DNA from: Coniocarpon cinnabarinum
Taxonomy: Eukaryota
Length of the DNA stretch: 64,000 nt
Direction of reading: 5' to 3'
NCBI GenBank assembly: GCA_051942205.1
Contig: JAVECO010000003.1
Coordinates: 248,001 to 312,000, forward strand
A program made the position numbers and the translations under genes. Below the pieces are notes generated by a model. It was not told the DNA's origin, did not search any database, and saw only the letters and a program-made list of their open reading frames with translations. Below, one piece after another: positions 21,624 through 33,974 of this stretch (positions are counted from its first letter, which is position 1; the number at the start of each line of letters is the position of its first letter).

Positions 21624-21897
21624 ACGTGGTCTTATTGAAGTTTTCGGTCGATCGTGATGAATCATGATGCTGAAGGTTGTTATGTGACGAGGCGGATTCA
21701 GGCATGGGCGTGGCTTTAGGCTGGTTGCAGAAGCTGCACGTGACGCCGCTGGAATGCGGTTGAGTTACTGCAAAAAGTCCCTTGCATCCAGGAGCCCTTG
21801 CATTCGCGAAGTGTGTTTTCTCGCACCACTCAAGCAGGACATCGCTCGCAGACATGTCACATCTAGCTGAATCCACTTGAACGCCCGGGTAAAATGA

Positions 21898-22590
21898 ATT
21901 GTCTTTCACCTTACTCGATCCAGCCCAGTGTATTGCCACGCTCTTTTCAAAGCTAGTAACTCTCGTCTTCTGCAGCGCCATGCACATACGTACGGCGCAA
22001 CTACATGTGTATCTCGGAGCGTACAGTCAATGCATTGAATCTCGCTCTCAGAGCGCAGACCATTTTCTCTCCCGGAGGGTAGAATAACGTCGCACCCAGC
22101 GCCCCCAATTACTACATCTCGACGGAACTCGCAGAAGACCAAAGAAGATGAGGAGGAAGCTACGACGAGGGAAAAAGGCAAGAAAAGAAAAGGTGGCGAG
22201 GCAGGGAACGCTGATCATGACCTTGAGACAACGAGTATACACTCGCGTTTGTCACGCAGCGTCGCGCATCATGGTACCTCGACCTGAGTGACCACCTTGT
22301 CACTTGTGGCTGGAGGCGACTCATCAGGCCGTCAAAACATCGAGGATAAGTCGAGTTCGACGAGAACAGGTGATGAAGATAAGTCAAGCTCGGTAGGAGA
22401 AGCAGATGACGTTATGTCAGCGTCGAAACGCCGTTCGCTGGGTTAGCTGTCATATAGTCGTCTTCGGCTTACTACGTACGATGGGGATGTTGACATCGAA
22501 AGGAGACGGATGCAGATGAGCAACATCAATAAGGGAAAGAAGGATGACGAAGGCTCTGCAGGGTGGTTGTGAGCACGAGCTGGAAGGTGA
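21898..22590 (+). pseudogene. Pseudogenised tandem copy of the 20625-21623 gene
   Basis: Collinear matches: SRLLQRHAH..SRSVQS vs SRLFKRHAH..NRSVHT; ETTSIHSRLSR vs ETDINLNLSR; LSLVAGGDS vs KSLVRDGDS; GKKDDEGSAGWL*ARAGR* vs GKERDENGRAGTWYWAGSSK*. The start is ATT instead of ATG. In-frame TGA at 22036, 22285 and 22570. The hydrophobic segment lies in a shifted frame. Confidence 0.7.
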
Positions 22591-23353
22591 GGGAGCTTTA
22601 CGGTCGGTCATTGAAATACCTAGGGTAGTCACCACTCAGTAGCCCAGGGTGTTTTGAAAATCCTACCGATCTTAGACTTGGTTAAAGATACCGCACGCAA
22701 CGGCCTATGAGTGAAGATGAATTGTGGCGCTTGTGATGAACGAAGTTTACAAGAGACATAAGCGGGTGATCATTCCGATGCAAGCTCGCTTCAAATGCCC
22801 GCATCATGTGACAAGACAACGGGTAATGCGCTCTTTCAGGCCGAGACCGAAAAAGATTTCCGCAACACGAAGCGGCTACAGACCGCCGCCATAATGAAGA
22901 GTCATGGGCACGATGACAAGTGGACCACGCGCTCGCAAGATAGCTGTTGCGCGTGCGGAATTGAACGAAGGACACGTTGGTTGTCTCGCCCGTGGGAAGA
23001 TGAAACACGGAGCGATGCGCAGTGTGAGAAGCCAGCCACGCCATCGCAGCTTGGCTCGTATAGCTACCAATATGCGACCGGTTCCAGGCATGATAGTCAG
23101 GTACAAGAGATTGTCATACCTCACTTGTGGAGGAAACACCGACGTGCATTGTAAATGAGATCGTGGAAGAAGCCAGGTTGACAGTTTTAATTTTTCCCCT
23201 GAATTTTAAATTACCTAAAAAGGAAGTAAAGTATGCCTTGTCATGCATCAACCGTTGATGCTCTTTAGTCTCAGTGTACTCAGACGCTCCTGTGGGCACT
23301 TGCACCCCTCACAAACACACTTTTGTATATAAACTGCCTAATATAATAATACT

Positions 23354-23872
23354 TGTTACAAATTAATTTTATAGAGTATCTAAGCCTAATTTCTAAACTT
23401 TTGTAGTGCGCGTATAATTCTAGGTACCCTTAAAACGCTTCTTTTTATAATAATTAGATACACGTATATAATTTTAAAAATTAGGCTTTATAGTAACCTC
23501 TACTAATACTATTACTATCTTTCTCTTAATTATTTAAAATAATACAATAAGTGTATATAATATATTAAGCTTTTATATGCTTAAAAATTTATATAAGAAT
23601 ATATATCTTATAAAAATATTTTTGTTTGTGTATAGCTTTTTAAAATCGTAATCTTACTTTATAAGAAGAAATTTAAAAATTAGGCTTTATATAGCTTTAC
23701 GTCTATAGTTATAAGCTTTATTAGTTATAAAATTATATATAAAAAGGCTTATTAGCGTAAAAAGGAAGCTTTTAGATATTTTTTGTATATATATATATAT
23801 ACTAGTAATTCTTTCTATCTATACTTATATCGCTAAGATAGGTAGTAGACTAGCTAGATAGAGTAACTTATA
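23354..23872. mobile_element. RIP-mutated repeat relic, probably a solo LTR (~519 bp)
   Basis: Abrupt very AT-rich island with abundant TpA and few CpA/TpG. Begins TGTTACA and ends CTTATA (RIP form of CTTACA). Flanked by ATACT (23349-23353) and ATGCT (23873-23877), a 5-bp duplication differing by one TG>TA change. Confidence 0.6.
23473..23691 (+). repeat. 20-bp direct repeat inside the AT-rich relic
   Basis: TTTAAAAATTAGGCTTTATA occurs at 23473-23492 and 23672-23691. Confidence 0.75.
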
Positions 23873-25826
23873 ATGCTCTAGACCCTTTCTTGGCAATTTT
23901 CGAAGGTCTCGTGGAAATTGGGCTCAGACCCTCCGGCGGTTCTTATGAAAGTGGCCCGTGCGGAGGTGTCTGAGTGAGCTGAGACTAATGCTCTTCATTT
24001 CAAGGGCGAAGCCCCTCCCTTCAAATCTTCTCTGTCTACGGAAGCTGGCCTTGCACTGGCCTGTAAGTGCATGCACTGCAATGTGCCCTGCATTTCGGCC
24101 GCACGATCGCCAGCTGGCCGTTAGACCGCGCTACTGCCGAAAGACTCCACGTCGTCTCTGTTAACTCGACATTGGAGACAAATTGACACGTATTGCACTT
24201 TGACTCTCTCGTCGTATAATTGCTTTGAGTTTGAGATCCGCGATGAGATGCGCCGTGAGATTCTTGTGGCTCCTTTGAATGACAAGCGCCTGGCCTAAAA
24301 TAGTACCCAATCTTGCTTGGGACCCTGATTTGATGCCACCCTATATGGCTGCGCAAAATCGACATATCAGAGTGCGACTGGACTTTAGTGAATCACAACT
24401 ACTCAATGTTGAGCTTTTAGTCGGAGAATCGCATACGAACAGGAGCATGGCATCTCAGGGGTCTTGAAGTTGTGGAGGGTGTAAAATGAATGGTGCTACA
24501 TCTAGGCTTTGTGAAAACAATGGTAACGCATGACTGAAACAACTCCTTGCTATGTAAGCAGATTGGCTACTTACTGAAGAGCTGTTATTATTGGGCGCCG
24601 ATATTACGATCTGGCTTTTGCCAGATGCGAAGTAGGCTTGGCCAGTTTCAGCATGTCATGTTGGCAGATCATGAATCTTCGAGCCGATGCAACAGTGGTC
24701 ACGACGCTCTGAGCTGGCTGTCGACACAACCTGGTAACCAAACAACTACTCACTGGCCCCCAAATATTGCTCGTTGGATACCGAAGGGAATCCTCTCGAA
24801 GAAGAATAGACGTTGTGCATACATTGGCGCGCGACTACATCTCACATCATGTATAGCATTTATTCCGGCCATGACGCAGTGAGACATATCTTGCTGTTGG
24901 AAATCTTACAAGAAGATAGATATTATAACGAGGAAGCAGAGCATGGAACAAATTATGTGGGGAATAGCAAGGTAGTTGTAGACGGAACAGTATGCTATCC
25001 TTCGTACATTTTCAAGTCTTCCGTAGCCAGAGACCATTTCCAGAAAGGACTTTGACCAAGAAATATAACTTCTCGTAGTTGAACAGATCATTTGAATATT
25101 TACTTCAAGGCCCAAGGAAACTTCTAGAAATTATAGTGTCTTCCCATTTCGAAGTTATAGAGTTAGGTTGTAGAGACTATGTTTGTGTGTTATTCTCTTC
25201 AAATGCGGTTGACAGTACAAGTAGACGTTGCGTACGACGAATGTGTCGACGTGTTGCGTTGACAGGAGGCTCATGTTGCGACGGGGCCCCTACTTTCAGA
25301 CCGCACTATGACACGGCAGATTGCAAAAGAGGGACAAATTCGCGATAGGACACGTGTCGGAAGAATGTTGCGAAATGAGGTCAGTCGCTAAGCTGGCAAA
25401 CAAATGCGGCCGGTCCTCACTTGTGACGCGCCACTGGCCACATTGGTGTGCACTCTATACCCGATGAGCTCATGTAGCCCTCTGAAACACTGGTGCATGT
25501 TTGAGTGCCGCGACAGAGCTCCCCGTGCTAATCGCGCGCTAATCCCTCCATGGACTGCATGCGGACTCGTTCGGTTGGTGAAGACGTTGTTGAGTTTTGC
25601 CTAATTACCGTGGACACATTTCCGTCGACGCAATGATATATCTCTATGATCAGATTTGAATATGAGATAGCACCTCAAACACACAGGACATTCAACCATA
25701 ATCGTGACATTCCATTTCGACAAACCTGGTAGCACTTGCTTCAATTCATACAGCAGTACCATTGCGGCTGGCTCCTCGCGAACAGCTGTTTAACTGTCAT
25801 TGAGCTGGACCTCGTCGATTCGCGAC

Positions 25827-26801
25827 ATGGATGCCCCAGAAGTCGGGGCAGAGATCATCTTACAACCAGAATGCAAGACTACATTCGGGCTTTTCGACCG
25901 CAATCGAGTTACTCGTGAAGGTGTCTGGCACTACAGGGATCACCGAGGGACTTTCGACGACTTGAAGCACCTTTCACATTTGACTGGTGCAATAAATCAT
26001 AAGAACTCTGACTGTAGCTCCAAGTCTGACCATCGCGAAGAGGCAATGTTTGGTAAGCTGCGTCCTAACTTTACTTGCACTCTCACGAGCTTGAACATCG
26101 GTGCCAGAACTTGTCTCCCCCTAGGTTCTAGGCGAATACGGTCACAAATAATTGAAACAGATTGGACTAACATGTGGTTTAGCATTGCGGCGCACCTTTC
26201 GGGAACCTCATCACATTCTCATATCGATCAAAAAAGAAACAGGTACCTTCCTCGTCCACCACTCAAGGGGGTCAGATGAGATTGAAGTTGAGAGGTCAAA
26301 CAATGAGCTGCCGGCATTGCTGATCAAGCGGAATGATAATCAAGTCCACGCACGATACACTATTGAAAATGGAAAAGCATCACACGCTCAAATTGTTACG
26401 CCTTCTGGGACACATGACTTTGAGCGCAAGGTGAACAACAACTCTGCTTCCTGGCAGCAGGTCAAATTTCAAGGTGGTCTACCATCGGACTGGGAACAGA
26501 TGCCCTCATTTCAATATCTGAAGCCAACAGAAGGAGTACGTGCGACGTGATTCATTTGAGAGCTTGTTCATGTCCACTCACCGAATTTCTTGCTAATGAT
26601 CGATGTTAGATTTCTTTGATACTCATTTTCTTGGAATTGACTGCCCATCGCAAAGTATTTCCAGAGAAGTTTGAGCAAATGCAGTGGCAGTATTGTATGC
26701 CCACCGTGCGCAAGGAAGGTACACTGAGACACCAGCCAACGGGCACGGAGGAAGAAAAGGCAGAGAAGCAGGAGCTGCTGAGGCTGTTGTCGCTTGAGTG
26801 A
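25827..26801 (+). CDS. Three-exon hypothetical protein, paralog A (256 aa)
   Basis: Exons 25827-26052, 26183-26535 and 26610-26801. Introns GTAAGC..ACTAAC..TAG and GTACGT..GCTAAT..TAG splice in frame (771 nt). Collinear similarity to paralog B. Confidence 0.8.
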
Positions 26802-28183
26802 CGCGCCGGCGTCTGAATGTAAGTTGGTCTATGCACAGTCTCGCTTTACTGCAGATGACTCAGCCATGTAGCTAGCATCAAGGGCGCATTTAGGCTGCCA
26901 TACAACACACTGCGACACACGCGAGCCGTGGAGTGGTCTAAGAAACGGGCTCTCGTGTCATACGCTACTACGAGCTGGCAAACGGGGCTGCGAAAGCGTC
27001 GATATTAAGCCAATGAGGTAGGTTTAGGGACTGCCTCGTTGTGTTCTTTGAGTACCTGCACTCTCTTGTACTACCAACCAGTACATGTCGATACTGAACC
27101 TGGCACAGCAGGCACCATGGACACTAAGTAATCTTTCTGGATACACCTAATTAGCCTCGAATGATCCTATCAGTAGTGTCTGTGCGGTATTGTTGCAGCG
27201 TGCAAAACATGAGCGTGTCAGAACAGCTACCAGAGGCGCAACGTTAAGACCAGTAGCACATCCACCAGGAGCGCACATGGACGTTCGAAGCATTAAGACC
27301 ACAGTCAACCCCGGCTATGGCATACGATGTACCACTCCAACTTCCTCAGTCTGCCAAGCAGAGCTACGAAATTTTAGTAGCACAACAGTACAGTGCAGGA
27401 ATTGTGATAAGTTGGCACAGCAGATAGTAGTCAATATCGGGTAGATGGGGAACTAGTAGCGCACAGTGCCCAACGCGGGAGGAAAGGACTGGGTGAGCGT
27501 GGGCACCGTACATGTCACTGGTTCGTAAGGTTGCAGTCGGGACACAACTTGAGAATACGTATGAGACGCAGTCTGGCGCAAGAACAGGTGTTGCAATAGC
27601 ATAATACAAATCGAGACAATGTAAGATTAGGTGAGATTTTGGGATAAAAAGCAGAAATGCCACGTTGCTGGAAGATAGTTTCCCCGAGATAGCAAAATTA
27701 CCGCAATAAGCAGGGGAGCATAGCCAGCTCAGCCTATCATGGCACGCTTGCAGCCGCTTCCGCCCTCAGGCGAGTGCCCGAATTCTGCAGAAAGCACCCG
27801 GTCAGCGCTGACTGAAGCTCACCAGGATTAAAGCTTGTTACATGGAGTGCGTGAACCAGACCTCTTGCTACACGTTCCCTGTGTCGGCCCTGCTGTCAGA
27901 TTCAATCAGTTTCAAGATACTGTTGCCTAAGATGACGCTGTCTCATGGCGTCACGCGGGACTTCCTCGATTTCGAACGGACAGATACGCTTATGACGCTT
28001 ATGACAATGACTTCTTCAACTAGGTGCTACATCGTCACAAGGTATTCGGCATTTCAAACTTGCCGTAGACTCACTGTATATCCTCTGCTTGGTACTTTAT
28101 TTGACTCTCACAACTTATTGCCCTGATTGACCAGGAACACACCATCGCACGTATCACGTGACCATACTCTATCTTTCGCTAGA

Positions 28184-29115
28184 ATGGCTACCCAGGAAGT
28201 CAAAGCGGACCTGAAGTTCAAGCACGATTCGAAGACTACGGTCGATCTCTACACCGGGAATCAGTGTACACGTAAAGGCGTGTGGCACTATAGGCATCAT
28301 GGGAGTGCTGGCATCTGGCGTCTGCTTATCGACCATGCAGCATTTTGGAACCCTTTAAATCATGAGGAACAAGATCCCAATGCTCCTCGTGACCAGGCCT
28401 GTATCGGTAAGCTGCGCAACCACTGCCATTCCACTGACACGACGAAATGCTTGTCGAGGCAATGTTGTCTCTTATCAGCGAACATATTCAAGACCAGGTG
28501 GTTTATTGACTCGTTCCTCAGAGCTGCAAGGTACCAGCCCTGGCACGACAACCATCCTCATCACCATAGATTCGAGGACAGGGACTTTCCACGTCGATCA
28601 ATCAAACAGCCATGGCCACTTTATTGAGGCCAACCCAACTTGGTTGCACAACAAGCTGCCGGAACTGAGGATCGTGTGGCCCACTGGCTATCTCAACGCA
28701 CGTTATGAGCTGCAAGAAGATGGCAAGAAGTTGCAACCACAGATCGTCACTCCGAGTGGTAATTGGGACTTCAAGCGAACAACACATCATGCCATGCCGT
28801 TCCAAGAGAACGTGGAGATCACAGGGCGCCTGCCGTTGGGTTGGGCCCGAATGCTGCCGGATTGGTACCCGACGTCAGCTGAAGGGGTGAGTTCATGGCC
28901 TACCATGTCTCGAAAGTACGTTGTTAGGAGCCCCGCTGATGAGCAATCAGATATGCATGCTACTGAGCTTGTTAGAAGTGGCCTGTTATCGTCATTTGTT
29001 TCCTGAAAACTTTCAGGAAGATCCGAGTAGACAGCTAAGTCCTCGTGTACATGGTATCCTTGGCACGACGGACCCAGAGAGGAGGGAGCTGCTTAGGCTA
29101 CTGTCTCTTGAATGA
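28184..29115 (+). CDS. Three-exon hypothetical protein, paralog B (250 aa)
   Basis: Exons 28184-28406, 28522-28886 and 28951-29115. Introns GTAAGC..ATTGAC..CAG and GTGAGT..GCTGAT..CAG splice in frame (753 nt). Same intron positions and phases as paralog A. Confidence 0.8.
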
Positions 29116-32100
29116 TGTAGTAAGTTTCGCATTAGGTAATGAACCATACGGAACGCCTCTTTGCACAGGAGGTCTCGATAATGTATTTATATCGATAAGA
29201 CGTTCCCGTTCTTAGCTGATATAGTCACAATCAGTACGATGAACGTTCGGCAGATGGATGTCGAAATGCAACCAAACTCATGTACTGAAGCAACTGTCTC
29301 TCATGCTGTGTATCTTAAGTCAGAACTTGCTTACCAGACTCAAAGTACCTTCAACGTGACATATACGCAGAACAGATGGGTAAGATTCAGATGCAATCGT
29401 AGAGCCGCCCAAAGGCTCGGTAGATGCTCTTGGTCGTGCCATTGATGGACTAGAAATGCTGTACCACAATCAGGGCTTTACGGGCACTACCCACGTCACG
29501 TGCTTTGTCACGTGGATGTTAAACTCACGGACAACAACTGCAACAGGCCATCCCACGCCTCTCTTAATGAAAGGAATCTCTAACAACGGATACCTACTAC
29601 ATTGATACAGGAATGGTAACATCGGCTGCCTAGTTACTGCTGTGAGTTGTAAACCAAATACGACAACATTGCGAGCATCGGCGACTGTTGCTCTTAGGGA
29701 AACAGATGTTATTAGCGTTTCTTATACGGTCTGGGACATGTCATTAGCATCAAGCAAGCATCGATATGCATTTGCCAGCTTATAGAGAATCGTATAGCCG
29801 TCCCGCATACTGGCTCAGAAAATTTTTAGCAAAGGCTTCGGAAGGCAACAAAATGATACTGCGGGCCGTGGCCAGCTTTGTGAATGTACTGATGAAACCA
29901 GACTCGTGTTACCTGTATTGAGAAGGCTATGTTCGGAGCTGTGTGCCTGATTCTCATCAAGTGTAGACCGCTGTGCATGGTCGTCCAAGCTATCGGGCGG
30001 GTGACTGGGTATCTTGGCGGCAGGCCCTCCAGGCAGTCCGACCTGCATAGTGCATAGGCAACTGACAGGAAGCAAGTCCACAAAAAAGTGTATTAATGGT
30101 GCGGTAACAAATGACTACATGACATGGCTCATACGCAGGACTTTACCAGAAAGGTCTGAAGCTAGTCGACATGTCCTGTTGGAACGATTTTGTGTTCCAG
30201 TCTCTCTGATGTAAAGGTACGATCCAGTGGCTTGACACATACTGCTGTGCCCATTGCGAGACCGCAGAACACTGTACTGCCTATGCGACCTGGATTAGCA
30301 AGGAAGGTTTGCCCATATCCTAAGCAGAATGAAAGCTTCATAACAATTTCAATAGCCTGACAGCGGCAGCTAATCACAAGACTTAGCGAAGAAAGGTCGT
30401 CAGCAACTAGTCGACGCTCAGCAAAGATCAGTCATGGGTCCAGAGGACACGCCACGCGGAGGATGCGATCAAAGTAACGGAAGCGAAACGTCGCATCTTG
30501 TTTTCCTTCATGATTCGCACCTTCCGACCAGGCCGCTGTAGGGCAAGAATTGAGGCAATAAGGTCCTCGGTCAAGCTTCCCCGCGGCGAGGTACGTACCT
30601 CGTTAGGGGAAGATCCATGTTGCATCCCCGAATGCTGAAGGTCAGTAGGCATGGTCACCGATCAGAGTTCTTTTTAAAGTGCAGCTAGACCTGGCCTCGG
30701 TCTACCATCCTGTACTGGGTAAGTATTCTCTCTGCCACTTATGCATCAGACAGCCAATGAGCAATCCCCGAAAAGTCGGGCTCTGAAGGTTTGCTAGACA
30801 ATTGCTGTTAGTAAATCGCATCTGACATCATAGCTAAGCCTTCCATGCGCATCTGGTGGCCTTCACGGACAATTCTGTTAGTCGTGATTTAATGGACATG
30901 ACCTTCAATGACCTCACGGGAAGCATGGAATCCAAGGGGAGAAGACGTCATGACTAGGCCGGATGCATTTGATTGCGTAACTGCTAGCTACGCCGCGGAG
31001 GTTTCTGCTCGCTGCTCTCTATAAGATGCGGCAATTTATCCCGAAAGCTCGTAGGAGAGTTTGCGCTCGCAAATGGCATTGGGCTGGACTTGATGCCACC
31101 TACGATGTTCCCGAAAGGCAGGAAACTGCGCAACGTCCTCCTCGCCGGTCCGGAATATGAAGCGCGCCGTCACCAATGCTAAGATAGGCCTTGAACACAA
31201 CGAGGTTCACAGCTCGCAGTCAAGAGTTTGGAATGTCATGACAGCGACTTCAGTGTTGTCGCTCGACACAACAATCGATGGGCAAAAATGTGGACGTCCT
31301 TGGCAATTGGCCACATCAGCCCGTCTTCTCCAAGCAGAATTCAAGATGCTCGAGCAGTCCCTTGACTGCCGGTAGTTGTTCAAGCAAAGTTCGGGAATAG
31401 CATTCATTGAGGTGATGAAATCGCCTTGCGGTTTGTTCTTGGCAAGCTGCAGACTTTAGAGGTGTGGCTTGAGGAGTGAGTCTGGACACTGCAACGCTGT
31501 TCTAGGAGGCAAGATGAGGTTTCACCAAGAGCTTCATCGATTGGTGTCCGGAAGTTCTCGGTGACACACGTGCTCAGGATCCACCTGTCGTGAAGCTGTG
31601 AGCTTTGGCAAGGCACGACGATTGAGTGGCTCTCAGCTGTGGTCTCAGTAGGAGTGTCCATCATCGATTGATGCGTCTGTTGGCTCGAATCGCAACAGAG
31701 GGTCATCACCGCAGCGAATTGGTGCCGCTGTTTAAGAGTCCAGTGGATAGCATAACCCGGAAATTATATCGTCGTTTTCAATTCGATTCAAAGAAAGAAA
31801 GGTTCATCATTCAGTTTGGATCAGTGAGTATCGAGCTCATGTATCGGTGGACAAGGCCAATGAGTTTTGAACCCTATGAATACCTAACCGTTCAGCCTGT
31901 GACTTTCGCAAATTCAAAGGGTGTGGTTTTCCTGAGTTGGGTCTGCGCGAAAGCGCTCAAGCTTCAATTTTGAATCTTCAGTCCGATATCACAGTTGACC
32001 GATGATGGGAGTCAATATTCTGGGGTAGATAGAGGTTCTCGTGCAAGAGACCATCTTTGTATTCTCTTTCATTTCGCGCAAGCTGTAGTAACAAATACCA

Positions 32101-32604
32101 GGCCCGAAGGCCCTTGAAGAGAAGTCGAGAACTTACACAGGGAGACTTCAAATAGCGTTTCCGATCCCCGTCCCCGCGCCGAGCGATGCTCACCGAAAGG
32201 GTGCTACCGGAGCTCGTGATGCTGACTCGGCTTGGTGTACAGCGCAGAGTTAGGCTGCCGCCTAGCCAGTATCCACCGATGCAAACAGCAATATAGCCTA
32301 ATTATGAAGGCAGTTCAAGGGGTCGCTCTACCTAGCTGTATGATAGGTCAAGGCCGGGCGTATGAAAGGAAACAAGGCAGAAGGAGGAGCGACGAATCGC
32401 GAGATGTAATCCCTGTCGTCGAGAGTCTTGGCATCACGCTTAGTCATGAGGCTCTAGCTCTACCGGGGAAAGGATTATCCGTAGAGGCTTGTGCACGGAC
32501 TTCACACAACCCATCGAAAATATGCCAAGTTAAACGCACTACCCTGAGCGCCTAATAGTCAACCTCTGTCTTCATCGATTCACTGGCAAGACACGTTGCT
32601 AGCC

Positions 32605-33610
32605 ATGAAGCTCAATATTTCATATCCTGCGAATGGCTCGCAGAAGCTCATCGAGGTTTGCATGAAGCCCCCCATCAAGACGACCATTCACTCACATTGA
32701 AACAGGTCGATGAAGACCGTCGCTTGCGAATCTGTACGTACACACGACAAACTCGTCTCTCATGCATTCCAAAGCACCATTTTATTCCACGATCCATCAA
32801 TTGCGATCATCACGAACCGCCTCTTGAAGCAACAATATTGAATCCGAACAACATCAGACGAAGTAGACTGACAGCTTTCCCACATAGTCATGGACAAGCG
32901 CATGGGCACCGAAGTACCCGGCGACACCCTAGGCGATGAATGGAAAGGCTACATCCTCCGCATCACTGGCGGCAACGACAAGCAGGGATTTCCAATGAAA
33001 CAGGGTGTGATGCACCCAACCCGTGTGCGCCTTCTCCTCTCCAAAGGCCATTCTTGCTACCGTCCCCGCAGAGACGGTGAGCGTCGCCGCAAGTCCGTCC
33101 GTGGCTGCATCGTCGCTATGGATCTGGCGGTGTTGGCACTCGCAATCGTGAAGCAAGGCGAGCAGGAGATCCCAGGCTTGACAGACGCCGACAGTGTCAA
33201 GCCAAAGCGGTTGGGACCTAAGCGAGCTAGCAGAATCAGAAAGATGTTTGGGTTGACGAAAGATGACGATGTGAGACTCGAGCATCGCTGACTTGTGTCA
33301 TCGCGGATTGCTGACGATTGCTCAGGTCCGCAAATTCGTCATCCGACGTGAAGTCCAGCCCAAAGCCAAGGAAGGCGAGGAACCGAAGAAGCCCTACACC
33401 AAAGCCCCACGAATTCAACGTCTCGTCACTCCTCAACGTCTGCAGCACAAGCGTCACTTGATGGCACTCAAGCGACGAAGATACGAGAAGCAGCAGAATG
33501 AGGCGGCTGAATATGCACAGTTGTTGGCGAAGTACGCGCATGCCGAACAAGAGAAGCGAGCCGAAGCCCGGAAGCGGAGGGCGAGCAGCATGAGGCAGAG
33601 CAAGGCGTGA
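32605..33610 (+). CDS. RPS6: 40S ribosomal protein S6 (eS6)
   Basis: Exons 32605-32655, 32706-32733, 32888-33270 and 33326-33610 give [57 protein letters not shown] (248 aa). Confidence 0.98.
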
Positions 33611-33974
33611 GTTGTGGGTATGTGATGCATGAAAAGCCTGACAAGTGGCGGATGTACAAACACATGCTTGGTTCGATCTTCAAAGCAGTCGAACGTCGAG
33701 TGTGCGGACATTATGTCGGTGCAGCCTGCAGGCTGTGAAGATCAGAGTGCTTCATAGTCGTGCAATGAGAGCTACAATCCTCGAAGCGCATCGGTACATT
33801 CAGACGGTCCCGAAATCAAATATAATGGCCCCAATGAGACCTTCATGCCGTTCGCTCACTGCCACCAATGTTTGCAGCTTCAACAAGCGCCTCCATATAG
33901 CTAGGACCAAGGTCCAGAGGTCCTTCATCGCTATCTCCATTCTTCCTATCCAGTGACGGCGTGCAGCCAGTGTT

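Noticed and set aside
24733..24770. GNQTTTHWPPNI resembling GNPKTTHWPAI of array member 3
   Set aside because: Similarity does not extend downstream in any frame I could read, so it may be chance.
29200..32600. Several short ORFs between paralog B and RPS6
   Set aside because: No motifs, splice model or paralogy that I can support. A decayed gene cannot be excluded.
32734..32887. Possible intronic snoRNA in the longest RPS6 intron
   Set aside because: No box C (RTGATGA) paired with a terminal box D was found, and no convincing H/ACA hairpins.
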